Shown one piece after another: positions 1 to 9,765 of a DNA stretch of 64,000 nucleotides. Made by a program: the position numbers and the translations under genes. Position 1 is the first letter of the stretch. Each line of letters starts with the position of its first letter. Source of the stretch: a bacterium (GTDB lineage: Bacteria > UBA10199 > 2-02-FULL-44-16 > JAAZCA01); NCBI GenBank assembly GCA_963674695.2, contig CAXXGI010000001.1:672001-736000 (forward strand), read 5' to 3'. The notes beneath the pieces were generated by a model. That model had not been told where the DNA came from. It did no database searches and saw only the letters and a list, made by a program, of their open reading frames with translations.

Positions 1-1
1 G

Positions 2-1825
2 CGAATAATGTCGGCACTGGGAGAGATCTTTTCGCAGCCGGTCCTCGGTGAAGAAGTTCCCCGCCTCGTCCATCGCCTCGGTCACGCCATCGGTGAAGAG
101 ATAGAGCGTATCGTGGGGTGAGAGTTGCAGGGAATCGACGGCGAAGACCGCCGCCTCCTCCACGCCCAGCGCCATACTGCGCCCACCGCTGACAAACTCG
201 GCCTCGCACCCCTTCCGAATGAGCAATGGAAAGAGGTGCCCCCCGTTGGTGTAGGTGAGCTCGCCCGTTTTCACATCGAGCACACCACAGAAAATGGTGA
301 CGAAGAGACAGGAATCGTTGCCGTGACAGAGTTCGTGGTTCACGCGCCCCAAGAGCTCGGCGATGTCACTGCTCTCCCGCGCCAACGTCTTGATGAGCGT
401 CTTGGTAATCGCCATGAAGAGCGCGGCCGGAATCCCCTTGCCCGAGACGTCGCCGATGAAGAAACAGAGGCACCGCTCGTCGAGGAAAAAGTAGTCGTAG
501 AAGTCACCCCCGACATCGCGCGCAGGCTGCAGCACCGCATACACATCGATCTCCGGGCGATCCGGAAAGGGGGGGAACGCCTTGGGGATAAGGCTCATCT
601 GGATGCGACGCGCGATGGCCAACTCGCTCTTGATGCGCTCGCGTGCGGCGGCGACCTTGGTCATCTCCTCGATGTAACGCTTGAGCTGGGAGCTCATGGT
701 CACGAACGAGCGCGACAAGAGGCCCACCTCGTCGGTACGACTGACCGACTCCAGATCAAAATCGAGTTTTCCCTCAGCAACATCCTTGGTCTTCGCCGCC
801 AGCAGACAGAGCGGTCGCGTGATCGAACGCGCAATCAGCACGATGACGATGAAGAGGAAGACGAGCCCCACAACTCCCATGATCATCACGTGGTGATTGA
901 GCGCGGTGACATCCGCCATCACCTCGTCCTGTGGAAACAGGACCGCCAGCGACCAATCCGTTGAAGGCAGCGCCGCATAGACGATCCAGTTCTTCTCGCC
1001 TGTGTTCGGATCGACGAAGGAGGCATAGCCGCTCTTCCCATCGACCATCTGCTGCGCAATCCGATGCATCGCCTTGCCCCCGCGGATGTCGGCGACGGTA
1101 AAGATGCTCTTGCGCAATACGAAATCTTCGTCCGGATAGTTGAGCAGAATGCCGTTGTGAGAGACGAGCATGGCGTGCCCCGTACGCCCCACCCGAATGG
1201 CGGAGACCACCTTGGAGAGCTGCGTGAGCGATATATCCGCGGTAGCAACCCCCATGAGGACCCGATCGTCCCCCGTGCCGCGATAGAAGGGAGCGGCGTA
1301 GGTGGCCATGACCACATCGCCCCCGCCCTCGTCGAAATACGGCTCGGTCCAGACGGCCTTTCCCTTCTCCTTGGCCAGGAGATACCATCCCTTGTTCGGA
1401 TAGTCATAGACATCGGTGGAGAGCTGCAAACAACGCACCGATTCCTTCTGCCAATGACAGTAGGGCGCAAAGAGGCGCTGCTTCGATTCAAAGGCGAAGG
1501 GCTCGTAGGCAACAGCGGAACCATAGATGTCAGGATTGTTGCGCACGACCGTCCGCAGCAGCTGTTCGACCTGAGCTTCACCCTTCAGAAAGGGGAGCTC
1601 GAGCACGGAGCCCAAACCGCCGGGGACCTCTTCGACCGAGCGCAACGAGATTTCAAGTTTGTTGACGGTAGCGGCCACCAGGCGCTGGCCGATCTCCTCG
1701 ATGTTGCGCATCAGGATTTGACGCGAGAGGACATAGCTGTAGCCGAAGGCAACGGCGAAGATGACCGTGCAGCTCAGCAGAATGAAGAAGGTCAGTTTGA
1801 AGGCGATGCCGCGATTGCGAATCAT
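2..1825 (-). CDS. Cache-HAMP-SpoIIE (PP2C) sensor phosphatase, 3' end outside window
   Basis: Not in ORF track; manual translation from ATG 1825 gives MIRNRGIAFKLTFFIL (TM), WTEPYFDEGGG (dCache), DEVG (HAMP), AREVGGDF-like, IGDVSGKG and FTDGVTEA PP2C motifs; paralog of 20640..23015. Confidence 0.9.
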   Translation of the reverse strand, partial: MIRNRGIAFKLTFFILLSCTVIFAVAFGYSYVLSRQILMRNIEEIGQRLVAATVNKLEISLRSVEEVPGGLGSVLELPFLKGEAQVEQLLRTVVRNNPDIYGSAVAYEPFAFESKQRLFAPYCHWQKESVRCLQLSTDVYDYPNKGWYLLAKEKGKAVWTEPYFDEGGGDVVMATYAAPFYRGTGDDRVLMGVATADISLTQLSKVVSAIRVGRTGHAMLVSHNGILLNYPDEDFVLRKSIFTVADIRGGKAMHRIAQQMVDGKSGYASFVDPNTGEKNWIVYAALPSTDWSLAVLFPQDEVMADVTALNHHVMIMGVVGLVFLFIVIVLIARSITRPLCLLAAKTKDVAEGKLDFDLESVSRTDEVGLLSRSFVTMSSQLKRYIEEMTKVAAARERIKSELAIARRIQMSLIPKAFPPFPDRPEIDVYAVLQPARDVGGDFYDYFFLDERCLCFFIGDVSGKGIPAALFMAITKTLIKTLARESSDIAELLGRVNHELCHGNDSCLFVTIFCGVLDVKTGELTYTNGGHLFPLLIRKGCEAEFVSGGRSMALGVEEAAVFAVDSLQLSPHDTLYLFTDGVTEAMDEAGNFFTEDRLRKDLSQCRHYS

Positions 1826-1994
1826 GAATCCCTCTGAGATGCATCATTATAATGGGGATGGATGCGCGTGGCCACCATTGATTTCCCGGTCGAACCTCTT
1901 CAGGACCTCGGCACTGCCAAAAACCCCCTTTTAATTCCGTGCCGACGCCGCTATCATGCGCGCATCTCGAAACGAAAATCCACAGGGGGATGCC

Positions 1995-4505
1995 ATGACG
2001 GTCACGACACTCACGAGCGACGAGGTGAAGGCGAAGACGAACGAACAGGTGCTGACCGCGCTTGAAACCTCCGGGGGCGGGCTCACCAACGGCGAAGCGG
2101 CCACACGGCTTCAACAGTTCGGGCCGAACGCGCTGGCGGAAAAAAAGAAGAGCGCCACGCTGGCCTTCCTCGCCTACTTTTGGGGGCCGATCCCCTGGAT
2201 GATCGAGGTCGCCGCCATCCTCTCGGCCATCGTCCATCATTGGGACGACTTCACCATCGTCATGGTCCTGCTCGCCTTCAACGCGGTGATCGGCTTCTAC
2301 CAGGAACACAAAGCGGCCAACGCGCTCGAGGCGCTCAAGGATCAGTTAGCGCTCAGGGCTCGCGCCCTGCGCGACGGGGCCTGGTCGGATGTGGAAGCGG
2401 CCGATCTTGTCCCGGGCGACATCATCCGTATTCGCCTCGGCGATATCATCCCGGCGGATGTCAAACTCATCGAAGGCGAGTTCTTGAGCGTCGACCAATC
2501 GGCGCTCACCGGCGAATCGCTCCCGGTGAGTAAAAAGGTAGGGGACGAAGCATTCTCCGGCTCGGTGGCCAAACAGGGCGAGATGGTCGCGGTGGTCACC
2601 GCCACCGGGGCCAATACCTTCTTCGGGCGCACGGCAAAGCTCGTGGAAAGTGCCGGAGCAAGATCCCACTTTCAAAAAGCGGTATTGGCCATCGGCAACT
2701 ACCTCATCCTCTTGAGCGTCGGCCTGGTCACCATCCTCATCCTGGTGGGGCTACATCGCCATGAACACCCGCTCACCCTCGTACAATTCGCGCTCATCCT
2801 CACCGTCGCGGCCATTCCCGTCGCAATGCCTGCGGTGCTCTCGGTCACGATGGCCGTCGGAGCGCTGGCGCTCTCAAAGATGAAGGCCATCGTCGCACGA
2901 CTCGAATCGATCGAGGAGATGGCCGGCATCGACATCCTCTGTTCGGACAAGACCGGCACGCTCACGCAGAACAAGCTCACGATGGGCGATCCGATTCGCT
3001 TCGCCGCAGAGGAGGATCAGGAGGTCATCCTCGCCGGCGCGCTCGCCTCGAAGGAGGAAAACCAGGACGCCATCGATCTGGCCGTCATCGGCGCACTGAA
3101 AAGCAAGGACGCGCTCGCCGCATTCAAACAGACCGCGTTCGTCCCGTTCGATCCCGTCACCAAACGCACCGCGGCGACGATCGAAGCGGAGGGAAAATCG
3201 TTTCAGGTCACCAAGGGCGCACCGCAGGTGATCATGGGCCTGTGTTCGCTCACGGACGCAGATGCCGCGCGGGCAAAAGAAACCGTCGATGCCCTCGCCA
3301 AGAAGGGCTATCGCACGCTGGGGGTCGCACGCACCGATGCGCAGGGCGCATGGCAATTTTTGGGGATCCTGCCGCTCTTCGATCCGCCGCGCGAGGATTC
3401 GGCCCAGACCATCGTCCAGGCAGGTGAACACGGCATCGAGGTCAAGATGGTCACCGGCGACAACATCGCCATCGCGCGCGAAACCTCCGGGCAGCTGGGC
3501 CTGGGCACGCAGATCATCTCGGCGGAGGCGATCTTCGCGCAGGGCATGGACGCAGGGCACTTAAGCCCACGGCTTGAGGAACAGATCGAACACGCCGAAG
3601 GGTTTGCCGAGGTCTTTCCGGAGCACAAATACGGCATCGTGAAAGCCATGCAGGACCGCGGACACATCACCGCCATGACCGGCGACGGTGTGAACGATGC
3701 CCCCGCGCTCAAACAGGCCGATGTCGGCATCGCCGTCTCCGGCGCCACCGACGCCGCGCGCGCCGCCGCCGCGCTCATCCTCACCGCACCCGGCCTCTCG
3801 GTCATCGTGCAGGCCGTCGAGGAGGCGCGCCGCATCTTCGAACGCATGAACTCCTATGCCATCTATCGCATCACCGAGACGATCCGCATCATGTTCTTCG
3901 TCGTGCTGGCGATGATCGTCTACAAGTTCTATCCGATCACCGCGATCATGATCATCCTGCTGGCGCTCTTAAACGACGTGCCGATCATGACCATCGCCTC
4001 CGACAACACCTGGCTCGACCCCAACCCCGTGCGCTGGAAGATGGACCGCGTGCTCACAGTCTCGACGGTGCTCGGCTTTATCGGCGTCATCGAAACCTTC
4101 CTGCTGCTCATCATCGCCAAGGTCTATTTAAAACTCGACCCGGCGCAGATTCAATCGTTCATCTTCTTGAAGCTCGCGGTCGCGGGGCACCTGACGCTCT
4201 TCGTCGCGCGTACGAGGCGCCCGTTTTTCTGCCGCCCCTTCCCGTCGAGCGCCATGCTCTGGTCGGCGATCGGCACGAAGGCGCTGGCGACCGCGATCGT
4301 CGGCTTCGGGCTGCTGGTCACCCCCATCGAATGGAAATGGATCGGGCTGATCTGGGCCTACTGCTTCGTCTGGATCTTCGTCGAGGACGCGGCCAAGCTC
4401 GCCGTCTATCGCATGCTCGAACACCGCAGCGTGCACCACTCGCGTTTTCTCGGATTCGTTCGGCGTCGACTGCACGCACCGGAGACGACATCATCACCCG
4501 CCTGA
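1995..4505 (+). CDS. Plasma-membrane-type proton-efflux P-type ATPase (type IIIA)
   Basis: LTGES, CSDKTGTLT, KGAPQ, MVTGD, GDGVNDAPAL, FWGPIPWMIE and YRITETI typical of IIIA H+-ATPases; start set at ATG 1995 after GGGGGA. Confidence 0.92.
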   Translation: MTVTTLTSDEVKAKTNEQVLTALETSGGGLTNGEAATRLQQFGPNALAEKKKSATLAFLAYFWGPIPWMIEVAAILSAIVHHWDDFTIVMVLLAFNAVIGFYQEHKAANALEALKDQLALRARALRDGAWSDVEAADLVPGDIIRIRLGDIIPADVKLIEGEFLSVDQSALTGESLPVSKKVGDEAFSGSVAKQGEMVAVVTATGANTFFGRTAKLVESAGARSHFQKAVLAIGNYLILLSVGLVTILILVGLHRHEHPLTLVQFALILTVAAIPVAMPAVLSVTMAVGALALSKMKAIVARLESIEEMAGIDILCSDKTGTLTQNKLTMGDPIRFAAEEDQEVILAGALASKEENQDAIDLAVIGALKSKDALAAFKQTAFVPFDPVTKRTAATIEAEGKSFQVTKGAPQVIMGLCSLTDADAARAKETVDALAKKGYRTLGVARTDAQGAWQFLGILPLFDPPREDSAQTIVQAGEHGIEVKMVTGDNIAIARETSGQLGLGTQIISAEAIFAQGMDAGHLSPRLEEQIEHAEGFAEVFPEHKYGIVKAMQDRGHITAMTGDGVNDAPALKQADVGIAVSGATDAARAAAALILTAPGLSVIVQAVEEARRIFERMNSYAIYRITETIRIMFFVVLAMIVYKFYPITAIMIILLALLNDVPIMTIASDNTWLDPNPVRWKMDRVLTVSTVLGFIGVIETFLLLIIAKVYLKLDPAQIQSFIFLKLAVAGHLTLFVARTRRPFFCRPFPSSAMLWSAIGTKALATAIVGFGLLVTPIEWKWIGLIWAYCFVWIFVEDAAKLAVYRMLEHRSVHHSRFLGFVRRRLHAPETTSSPA

Positions 4506-4551
4506 GCCTCAAACACCGAGGCTTCGGGCCCTGCACCCAAAGGGGGAGATC

Positions 4552-5043
4552 ATGAAACATATCTGCACCGCCATCATCGTCCTGCTCATCGGCATGGGCA
4601 GCGCCATCGCCCAGCCAAAAACGCTGCCGCATTTTGTCCTGCCGGATCCGGGCGGCACACAGCACGCCGCTTCCACGCTCGTGGCGAAAAGCGGCATGGT
4701 GCTCGTTGTGACCGCCCCCACCTATCACGCCGGCGACGCCCAGAAGGGATGGGACAACGTGCTCGTCGCGACGATGCCCAAGGGGGGATCGCTCGTCTTC
4801 ATCGAGGACATGTCGGTGAGCGACTGGAAGTCGGTCGCGCGCGCGGACATGAAGAAAGACTGGAAGCCGGGCGTGCCGCCGCTGCTGCTGCTCGATGAAA
4901 AGGGGTATGTGCGCAGCGAGCTGGGCGTTGGCGCGGATGCGACGGTGGTGCTCGTCTATAACAAGAAGGGCGCACTCGTCTTCACCGACCGCGGCGGTCC
5001 GAGCATGGCATCGGCCAAGGCAATCTGGGGGAAGCTGAAGTAA
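4552..5043 (+). CDS. Exported protein, possible thioredoxin-like (YtfJ/redoxin-like) fold
   Basis: Signal peptide (AIA-Q), LPHFVLPD and LLLDEKG resemble redoxin-fold motifs, no CxxC; RBS GGGGAG. Confidence 0.7.
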   Translation: MKHICTAIIVLLIGMGSAIAQPKTLPHFVLPDPGGTQHAASTLVAKSGMVLVVTAPTYHAGDAQKGWDNVLVATMPKGGSLVFIEDMSVSDWKSVARADMKKDWKPGVPPLLLLDEKGYVRSELGVGADATVVLVYNKKGALVFTDRGGPSMASAKAIWGKLK

Positions 5044-5091
5044 AGGCGGGGTTTGTCATGATCCACAAAGGGGCCGCGATATGCGGCCCCT

Positions 5092-5238
5092 CAGACTGCT
5101 GACAAAGTCATTCTGTGCTCTCATTATTGTAGAATTGGAGTTTGTCATTCCCGCGAACGCGGGAATCTCGCTTTTTACGACACATCGAGATCCCCGTTTC
5201 CACGGGGATGACAAAAACAGGGGTTTCTCAACAAACTG
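5092..5238. mobile_element. 147-bp MITE-like element with internal REP palindrome
   Basis: Ends CAGACTGCTGACAAA / TTTCTCAACAAACTG (11/15 inverted match); exact 23-bp flanking direct repeat at 5069-5091 and 5239-5261; internal GTCATTCCCGCG...CGGGGATGAC palindrome. Confidence 0.65.
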
Positions 5239-5266
5239 AGGGGCCGCGATATGCGGCCCCTGTTTT
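5239..5266. terminator. Intrinsic terminator between convergent genes
   Basis: AGGGGCCGC-GATAT-GCGGCCCCT hairpin followed by GTTTT. Confidence 0.6.
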
Positions 5267-5290
5267 GCGTTTGAACGACACCCGAACCCC

Positions 5291-6634
5291 TCACCCCCGA
5301 AGGCTTCTGTTGTGCGCCAAGATCCGCGCGAAGAGACGCATCACGTCCTCGCGCTGAAAATCCTCGCCGAACGCATTGAAGAGCGATGAGCGCCGCGCCA
5401 CATGCGCGTGAACATATTCGAAGCGCTGCATCGCCTCGAAGATCGGCATCCCCGGAACATTATAGAAGGCCGACGGTGCGATGAAGATCCCCTGCGCCAT
5501 GAGCGCGTCCGCCGTGGCCTCCATCTCGGCATATCGCTGCCAGGGCAGACCCAGGATGATGTAGGTGGCCACGCGAAATCCCAGCCGAACGGCCGCCTTC
5601 CGCACGCGCTCATACTGCTCCAGCTCCTCCGGACGTGCGAGGGTCGCGCGCGATGGAACCGCGCCCGTGCCGATGGCGATATCGAGTTTGGCAAATCCCG
5701 CGCGGCGCATGAGGCGCAGGAGTTCCCCATCCAGATGCGCGACGTTGAGACCGTTGGAGGCCATCCACTCGATGCGGCTTGATCCGAAGCGCTTGAGCAG
5801 CGCTTCGCACAGGCGCTGGATGCGATCGCGATCGAAGAGCAGATTGTCGTCCTGGAAATCGATGGCGGTCACGCCGAAGCCATCGACGAGTTCCTCGATC
5901 TCGGCGAGCACGCCCGCAATCGAGCGGGCGCGATGGGCATGCCCAGAGAGCGCGTGCACCGAACAGAAACGGCAACAATGCGGACACCCGCGCGAGGTGA
6001 CGACCATCGCGTAGCGGCGCCGGCCGTAACGATAACGGCCCGCATCGACCAGGTCGCGCGCGGGCTGCGCGAGCGCGTCGAGATCGGTAATGCGCAGTGG
6101 CTTTCCATCCGGCGCTTCGACGATCTGCGGGAAACCGTCGCCAGCGATGATCTGCGGCAGGATCTCCTCCCCCTCGCCGCGCACGACGTGATCAACGACA
6201 CCTTCTGCCACGAGCGATTCGGGATCGGCCGTGGCGTGATGTCCGCCCATGATGATGCGCGCCGTAGGCTGCGCACGCCGCACGGCTCGCGCGGTCTCGA
6301 TCGCCTCCCCGGCATAGGGCGTGCACATCGCGCTCACACAGACGACGTCCGGCGCGATCGCGGCCACCTCGCGCTCGATGCGCGCGAAGGAAAACCCGAA
6401 GTGACGCCAGGGCCCGAGCAGCGGCTCAGCGCCATCGACCGGTGCAAGCAGCTGCGCGATCTCGGTCGGCGGCGCAACCGACATACCTCGCTGCGCACGC
6501 CGCGCATCGAGCAGAACGACCTCGGAACCCTCGCGCCGCACCGCTGCCGCGAGGCTCATCAGCCCCAGCGGATATTCGCGAAAGGCCGTGCGGTAGCAGT
6601 CGCGCATCGGCGGTTGAAGGAAGAGCACGCGCAT
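5291..6634 (-). CDS. Cobalamin-binding radical SAM protein
   Basis: YPLGL, GGHHAT, RGEGE, SRGCPHCCRFC (CxxxCxxC), FQDDN; start at MRVLFLQPP. Confidence 0.9.
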   Translation of the reverse strand: MRVLFLQPPMRDCYRTAFREYPLGLMSLAAAVRREGSEVVLLDARRAQRGMSVAPPTEIAQLLAPVDGAEPLLGPWRHFGFSFARIEREVAAIAPDVVCVSAMCTPYAGEAIETARAVRRAQPTARIIMGGHHATADPESLVAEGVVDHVVRGEGEEILPQIIAGDGFPQIVEAPDGKPLRITDLDALAQPARDLVDAGRYRYGRRRYAMVVTSRGCPHCCRFCSVHALSGHAHRARSIAGVLAEIEELVDGFGVTAIDFQDDNLLFDRDRIQRLCEALLKRFGSSRIEWMASNGLNVAHLDGELLRLMRRAGFAKLDIAIGTGAVPSRATLARPEELEQYERVRKAAVRLGFRVATYIILGLPWQRYAEMEATADALMAQGIFIAPSAFYNVPGMPIFEAMQRFEYVHAHVARRSSLFNAFGEDFQREDVMRLFARILAHNRSLRG

Positions 6635-6744
6635 GCCCGCGACGTTGGCACACGCGCGCGCCGCTGGCAATCGCCCCAATCTGCCCGCTTGATTCTGCAT
6701 TCAAGGACGCGTAGATTCGATCCCATTCCCCGAGGAGGCCGAAC

Positions 6745-8133
6745 ATGCCCGCCATGACCGATGCGCTTGCCTGGGCCGATGCGCACGCCGAACAGTTCCT
6801 CGCCGATCTCAAACGCCTCATCGACATCCCGAGCGTTTCCGCCAGCCCCGCGCATGCCGACGATCGCCGACGCTGCGCCGAGGAGCTCGGAGGGCAGCTC
6901 GCACGCGCAGGGCTCCACGTCGAGACGCTCAACGCCGATCGCCCGGACGAAGCGCCGGTGCTCTTCGCGCAGGGCGATCACTCGCCGGATCGCCCCACCG
7001 TGCTCATCTACGGCCACTACGATGTCGTGGGTGTCAGCGGCGCGCACCGTTGGCGACACGACCCCTTCGACGGCCAGATCGACGGGGCCTTCATCACCGG
7101 GCGCGGCGCCACCGACGACAAGGGACAGCTGCTCACCGCCGTCAAGGCGATCGAGGCGATCCACGCCGTTGCGGATATGCCGCCGGTCAACGTCAAGCTG
7201 CTCATCGAGGGCGAGGAGGAAGTCTCCTCCGCGGCCGTCGCGCGCCTGCTCGCACGCGAAGAGATTGCTGCGAAGCTCGCCTGCGACGTGGTGGCCATCT
7301 CCGACGGCACCTGGTTTGACGACGAGACGCCCACGATCTGCTCCGGCGTGCGCGGCCTCTGCGAATGTCGCATCGAGATCGCGGGGCCCGCCCGTCCGCT
7401 GCACTCGGGCGTCTACGGCGGAGCGGTGGCCAACCCCGCCACCGTACTCGTCGAGATGCTCGGCTGCCTGCGCGATGCAAACGGCACCATCGCCATCCCG
7501 GGGTTTGCCGACGCCATCGCGCCCGTCGATCCGGCCGAACGCGCCGCGCTGCGCGCGCTCCCCTTCGACGAGGAGCGCTTTCGCCATCGCATCGGCGTGC
7601 GTGCGCTCGAACGTTCAGGTGACATCTCGGCGCTCGAACGCACCACGATGCATCCGGCCATGGACATCGTCGCCATCGCGGGCGGCTCTCCCGAGGAGAA
7701 CGCCAACAACATCATCCCGATGCGGGCCGATGCCGTCGTGGGCTTTCGCCTCGTGCCACACCAGCGCACAGAGCAGATTCAGGAATGCGTCGCCGCGCAC
7801 CTCAAGGCCATCTGCCCGCCGTCGGTCGAGATGCACCTCACCTTCCTCTGCGGCGGCGATCCGTATGCCATCGATGCGGAAGAACCGATGCTCGCCGCCG
7901 CGCGCGAGGCCGTCGCCGAGACCTTCGGGCGCGCGCCGATCCTGCTGCGCTCGGGCGGATCGATCCCGATCGTGCCCCTTCTCAATCGTGCCCTCAACGC
8001 GCCGGTGGTCATGTGCGACCTGGGGCTGCCCGACGACCATGAACACAGCGACAACGAGCGCTTCGCCCTCGGCCAGTTTTCCGGCGGCATCGAGATGTAC
8101 ATCCGCCTGCTGCACCTGTGGGGCACGCCTTGA
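6745..8133 (+). CDS. M20 family metallo-dipeptidase (ArgE/DapE-like)
   Basis: YGHYDV, GRGATDDKG, IEGEEE, LHSGVYGG, GGSIP, HSDNE. Confidence 0.9.
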   Translation: MPAMTDALAWADAHAEQFLADLKRLIDIPSVSASPAHADDRRRCAEELGGQLARAGLHVETLNADRPDEAPVLFAQGDHSPDRPTVLIYGHYDVVGVSGAHRWRHDPFDGQIDGAFITGRGATDDKGQLLTAVKAIEAIHAVADMPPVNVKLLIEGEEEVSSAAVARLLAREEIAAKLACDVVAISDGTWFDDETPTICSGVRGLCECRIEIAGPARPLHSGVYGGAVANPATVLVEMLGCLRDANGTIAIPGFADAIAPVDPAERAALRALPFDEERFRHRIGVRALERSGDISALERTTMHPAMDIVAIAGGSPEENANNIIPMRADAVVGFRLVPHQRTEQIQECVAAHLKAICPPSVEMHLTFLCGGDPYAIDAEEPMLAAAREAVAETFGRAPILLRSGGSIPIVPLLNRALNAPVVMCDLGLPDDHEHSDNERFALGQFSGGIEMYIRLLHLWGTP

Positions 8134-8160
8134 TGTGGACGTTTGGGCGAACTGTGCAGG

Positions 8161-8330
8161 GCATCGGCCAAGATGATCTGGGGGAAGTTGAAGTAGCAGA
8201 GTTTGTCATTCCCGCGAAGGCGGGAATCTCGCTTGTAATGGCCAATCGGGATCCCCGCGTTCGCGGGGATGACAATACACAAGGGTTTGCCAACAACCAG
8301 GGGGCCGCGGAAACGCGGCCCCTGTTTTTT
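8161..8330. repeat. Diverged copy of the 5008-5266 segment (gene end, REP, terminator)
   Basis: GCATCGGCCAAG..ATCTGGGGGAAG.TGAAGTA matches the 3' end of 4552..5043; followed by REP palindrome and GGGGCCGCG-GAAA-CGCGGCCCC-TGTTTTTT hairpin. Confidence 0.65.
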
Positions 8331-8336
8331 GTGCCA

Positions 8337-9584
8337 TCAGCACCCGCTCACCGACGTCATCGTGATGACCGCCCCTCCACCGCAGGCGCTCACCCCAAAG
8401 CCATTCACCGTCAGCACGCCGGTCATCATCGTCGAGGTGACCGCCGTGATCTGAAAACTCCCGACCACATTGAGCGGATATCCCATGGAATCGTAGGTCA
8501 TACCCAGACCCATATTCGGCATGGTGGTGCCGTAGGTGTTGCTCCCCACATAGGGCAGCGCTTGATAGCTCGTCAGCGTATCGAACGTGAGGTATACGGG
8601 CGTATCCCCTGCATACGTGACATCGAGCGTCCCTGTGGGGTACGGCAATTGCGCCAGCGACGTTGGATTGATGATGGTTGCCCCGCAGGTGATCGCCGAA
8701 TAGGAGACGTTCCACTGCCCCTCGCAGAGCTCGATGATCGTGGGGGTGGCCGGAGTGACATAACTCATCTCGATCGGATACGCGGCGGTGCAGCCGTCGT
8801 TGTTATTCCACGAGAGCGTCCCGGCGATCACCTCGGTCGATGACGGCGTGAGCGCCCAGCTGTTGGTGCCGTAGGTGGTACCGGTGTCGGTCTCGACCGG
8901 GAAATAATACGTGGCGCTCTCAAAGGTGCTGTCGATCGCCGACCGATTGAGTTGAATCGTGGAGTCGTCGATCGACCAGGTCGCCGTATAGCCGTTGTTG
9001 GAGACGAAGAACTCGCAGTCGCCAGAACTGGTCATGCTGTAGGGCGTCGAGGGACAGTTGGTTCCCGTCAGATAATCCGTACTCAGATCCATCTCGAACG
9101 CCCAATCGCCGGACAGCGGCGTGATGGCGGTGACCGCCGCTGGATCGAAGACGATCGGGGGAAGCGCCAAGTAGGACGTCGAGGTCACGAATGTGGCGGC
9201 CTGATCCCCGCCGAATGAGAGAAGCATGAGGGCCGTCTCCTCCGGCGCTGCCCCACTGGGAAAGGTAAAACTCGCCGATGACTGCGCGCCGGCAGCGATC
9301 TCGGAGGAACTGCTGAGTGCAACGCTCGAGGCCTCGCCCGTCGTTGCGTCATAGACGGCAAGTGCCGGGGCGCCGACGACCGCATCGGAGTTGTTGACGA
9401 CGGTGAGCGTCCCCCCCGCTCCGCTGACGAGGATGCCCGCGAGGATCTGCGCGCTATTGGTGATGGCCCGCCACTGATTATCGTCGAGCGTGTCGCTGGA
9501 TGAATCATCCGACGAGGTACTCCCGCAGGAAACTACAAAAACCAGAGCAGCAACGATGATGAGCATCGCCGAAATACGTCTCAT
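8337..9584 (-). CDS. Ser/Thr-rich lipoprotein of unknown function
   Basis: MRRISAMLIIVAALVFVVSC lipobox, RBS GGGGAGG, beta-rich sequence with paired Cys. Confidence 0.8.
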   Translation of the reverse strand: MRRISAMLIIVAALVFVVSCGSTSSDDSSSDTLDDNQWRAITNSAQILAGILVSGAGGTLTVVNNSDAVVGAPALAVYDATTGEASSVALSSSSEIAAGAQSSASFTFPSGAAPEETALMLLSFGGDQAATFVTSTSYLALPPIVFDPAAVTAITPLSGDWAFEMDLSTDYLTGTNCPSTPYSMTSSGDCEFFVSNNGYTATWSIDDSTIQLNRSAIDSTFESATYYFPVETDTGTTYGTNSWALTPSSTEVIAGTLSWNNNDGCTAAYPIEMSYVTPATPTIIELCEGQWNVSYSAITCGATIINPTSLAQLPYPTGTLDVTYAGDTPVYLTFDTLTSYQALPYVGSNTYGTTMPNMGLGMTYDSMGYPLNVVGSFQITAVTSTMMTGVLTVNGFGVSACGGGAVITMTSVSGC

Positions 9585-9765
9585 AAAACCTCCCCCCAAC
9601 GAGATGACATCGATCGACCGAACGCGATATCGCTCATTATAACAGCACGCTGTGAGGGGGGCCAGCATCGATCAGCATGAGGGCCTGTGGTCACCGATTC
9701 CCCCTTTTCGTCGCCAAAACAGCGTGCTATGGTTCGGATCCTAACCCGATCACCAGGAGGTTCAT

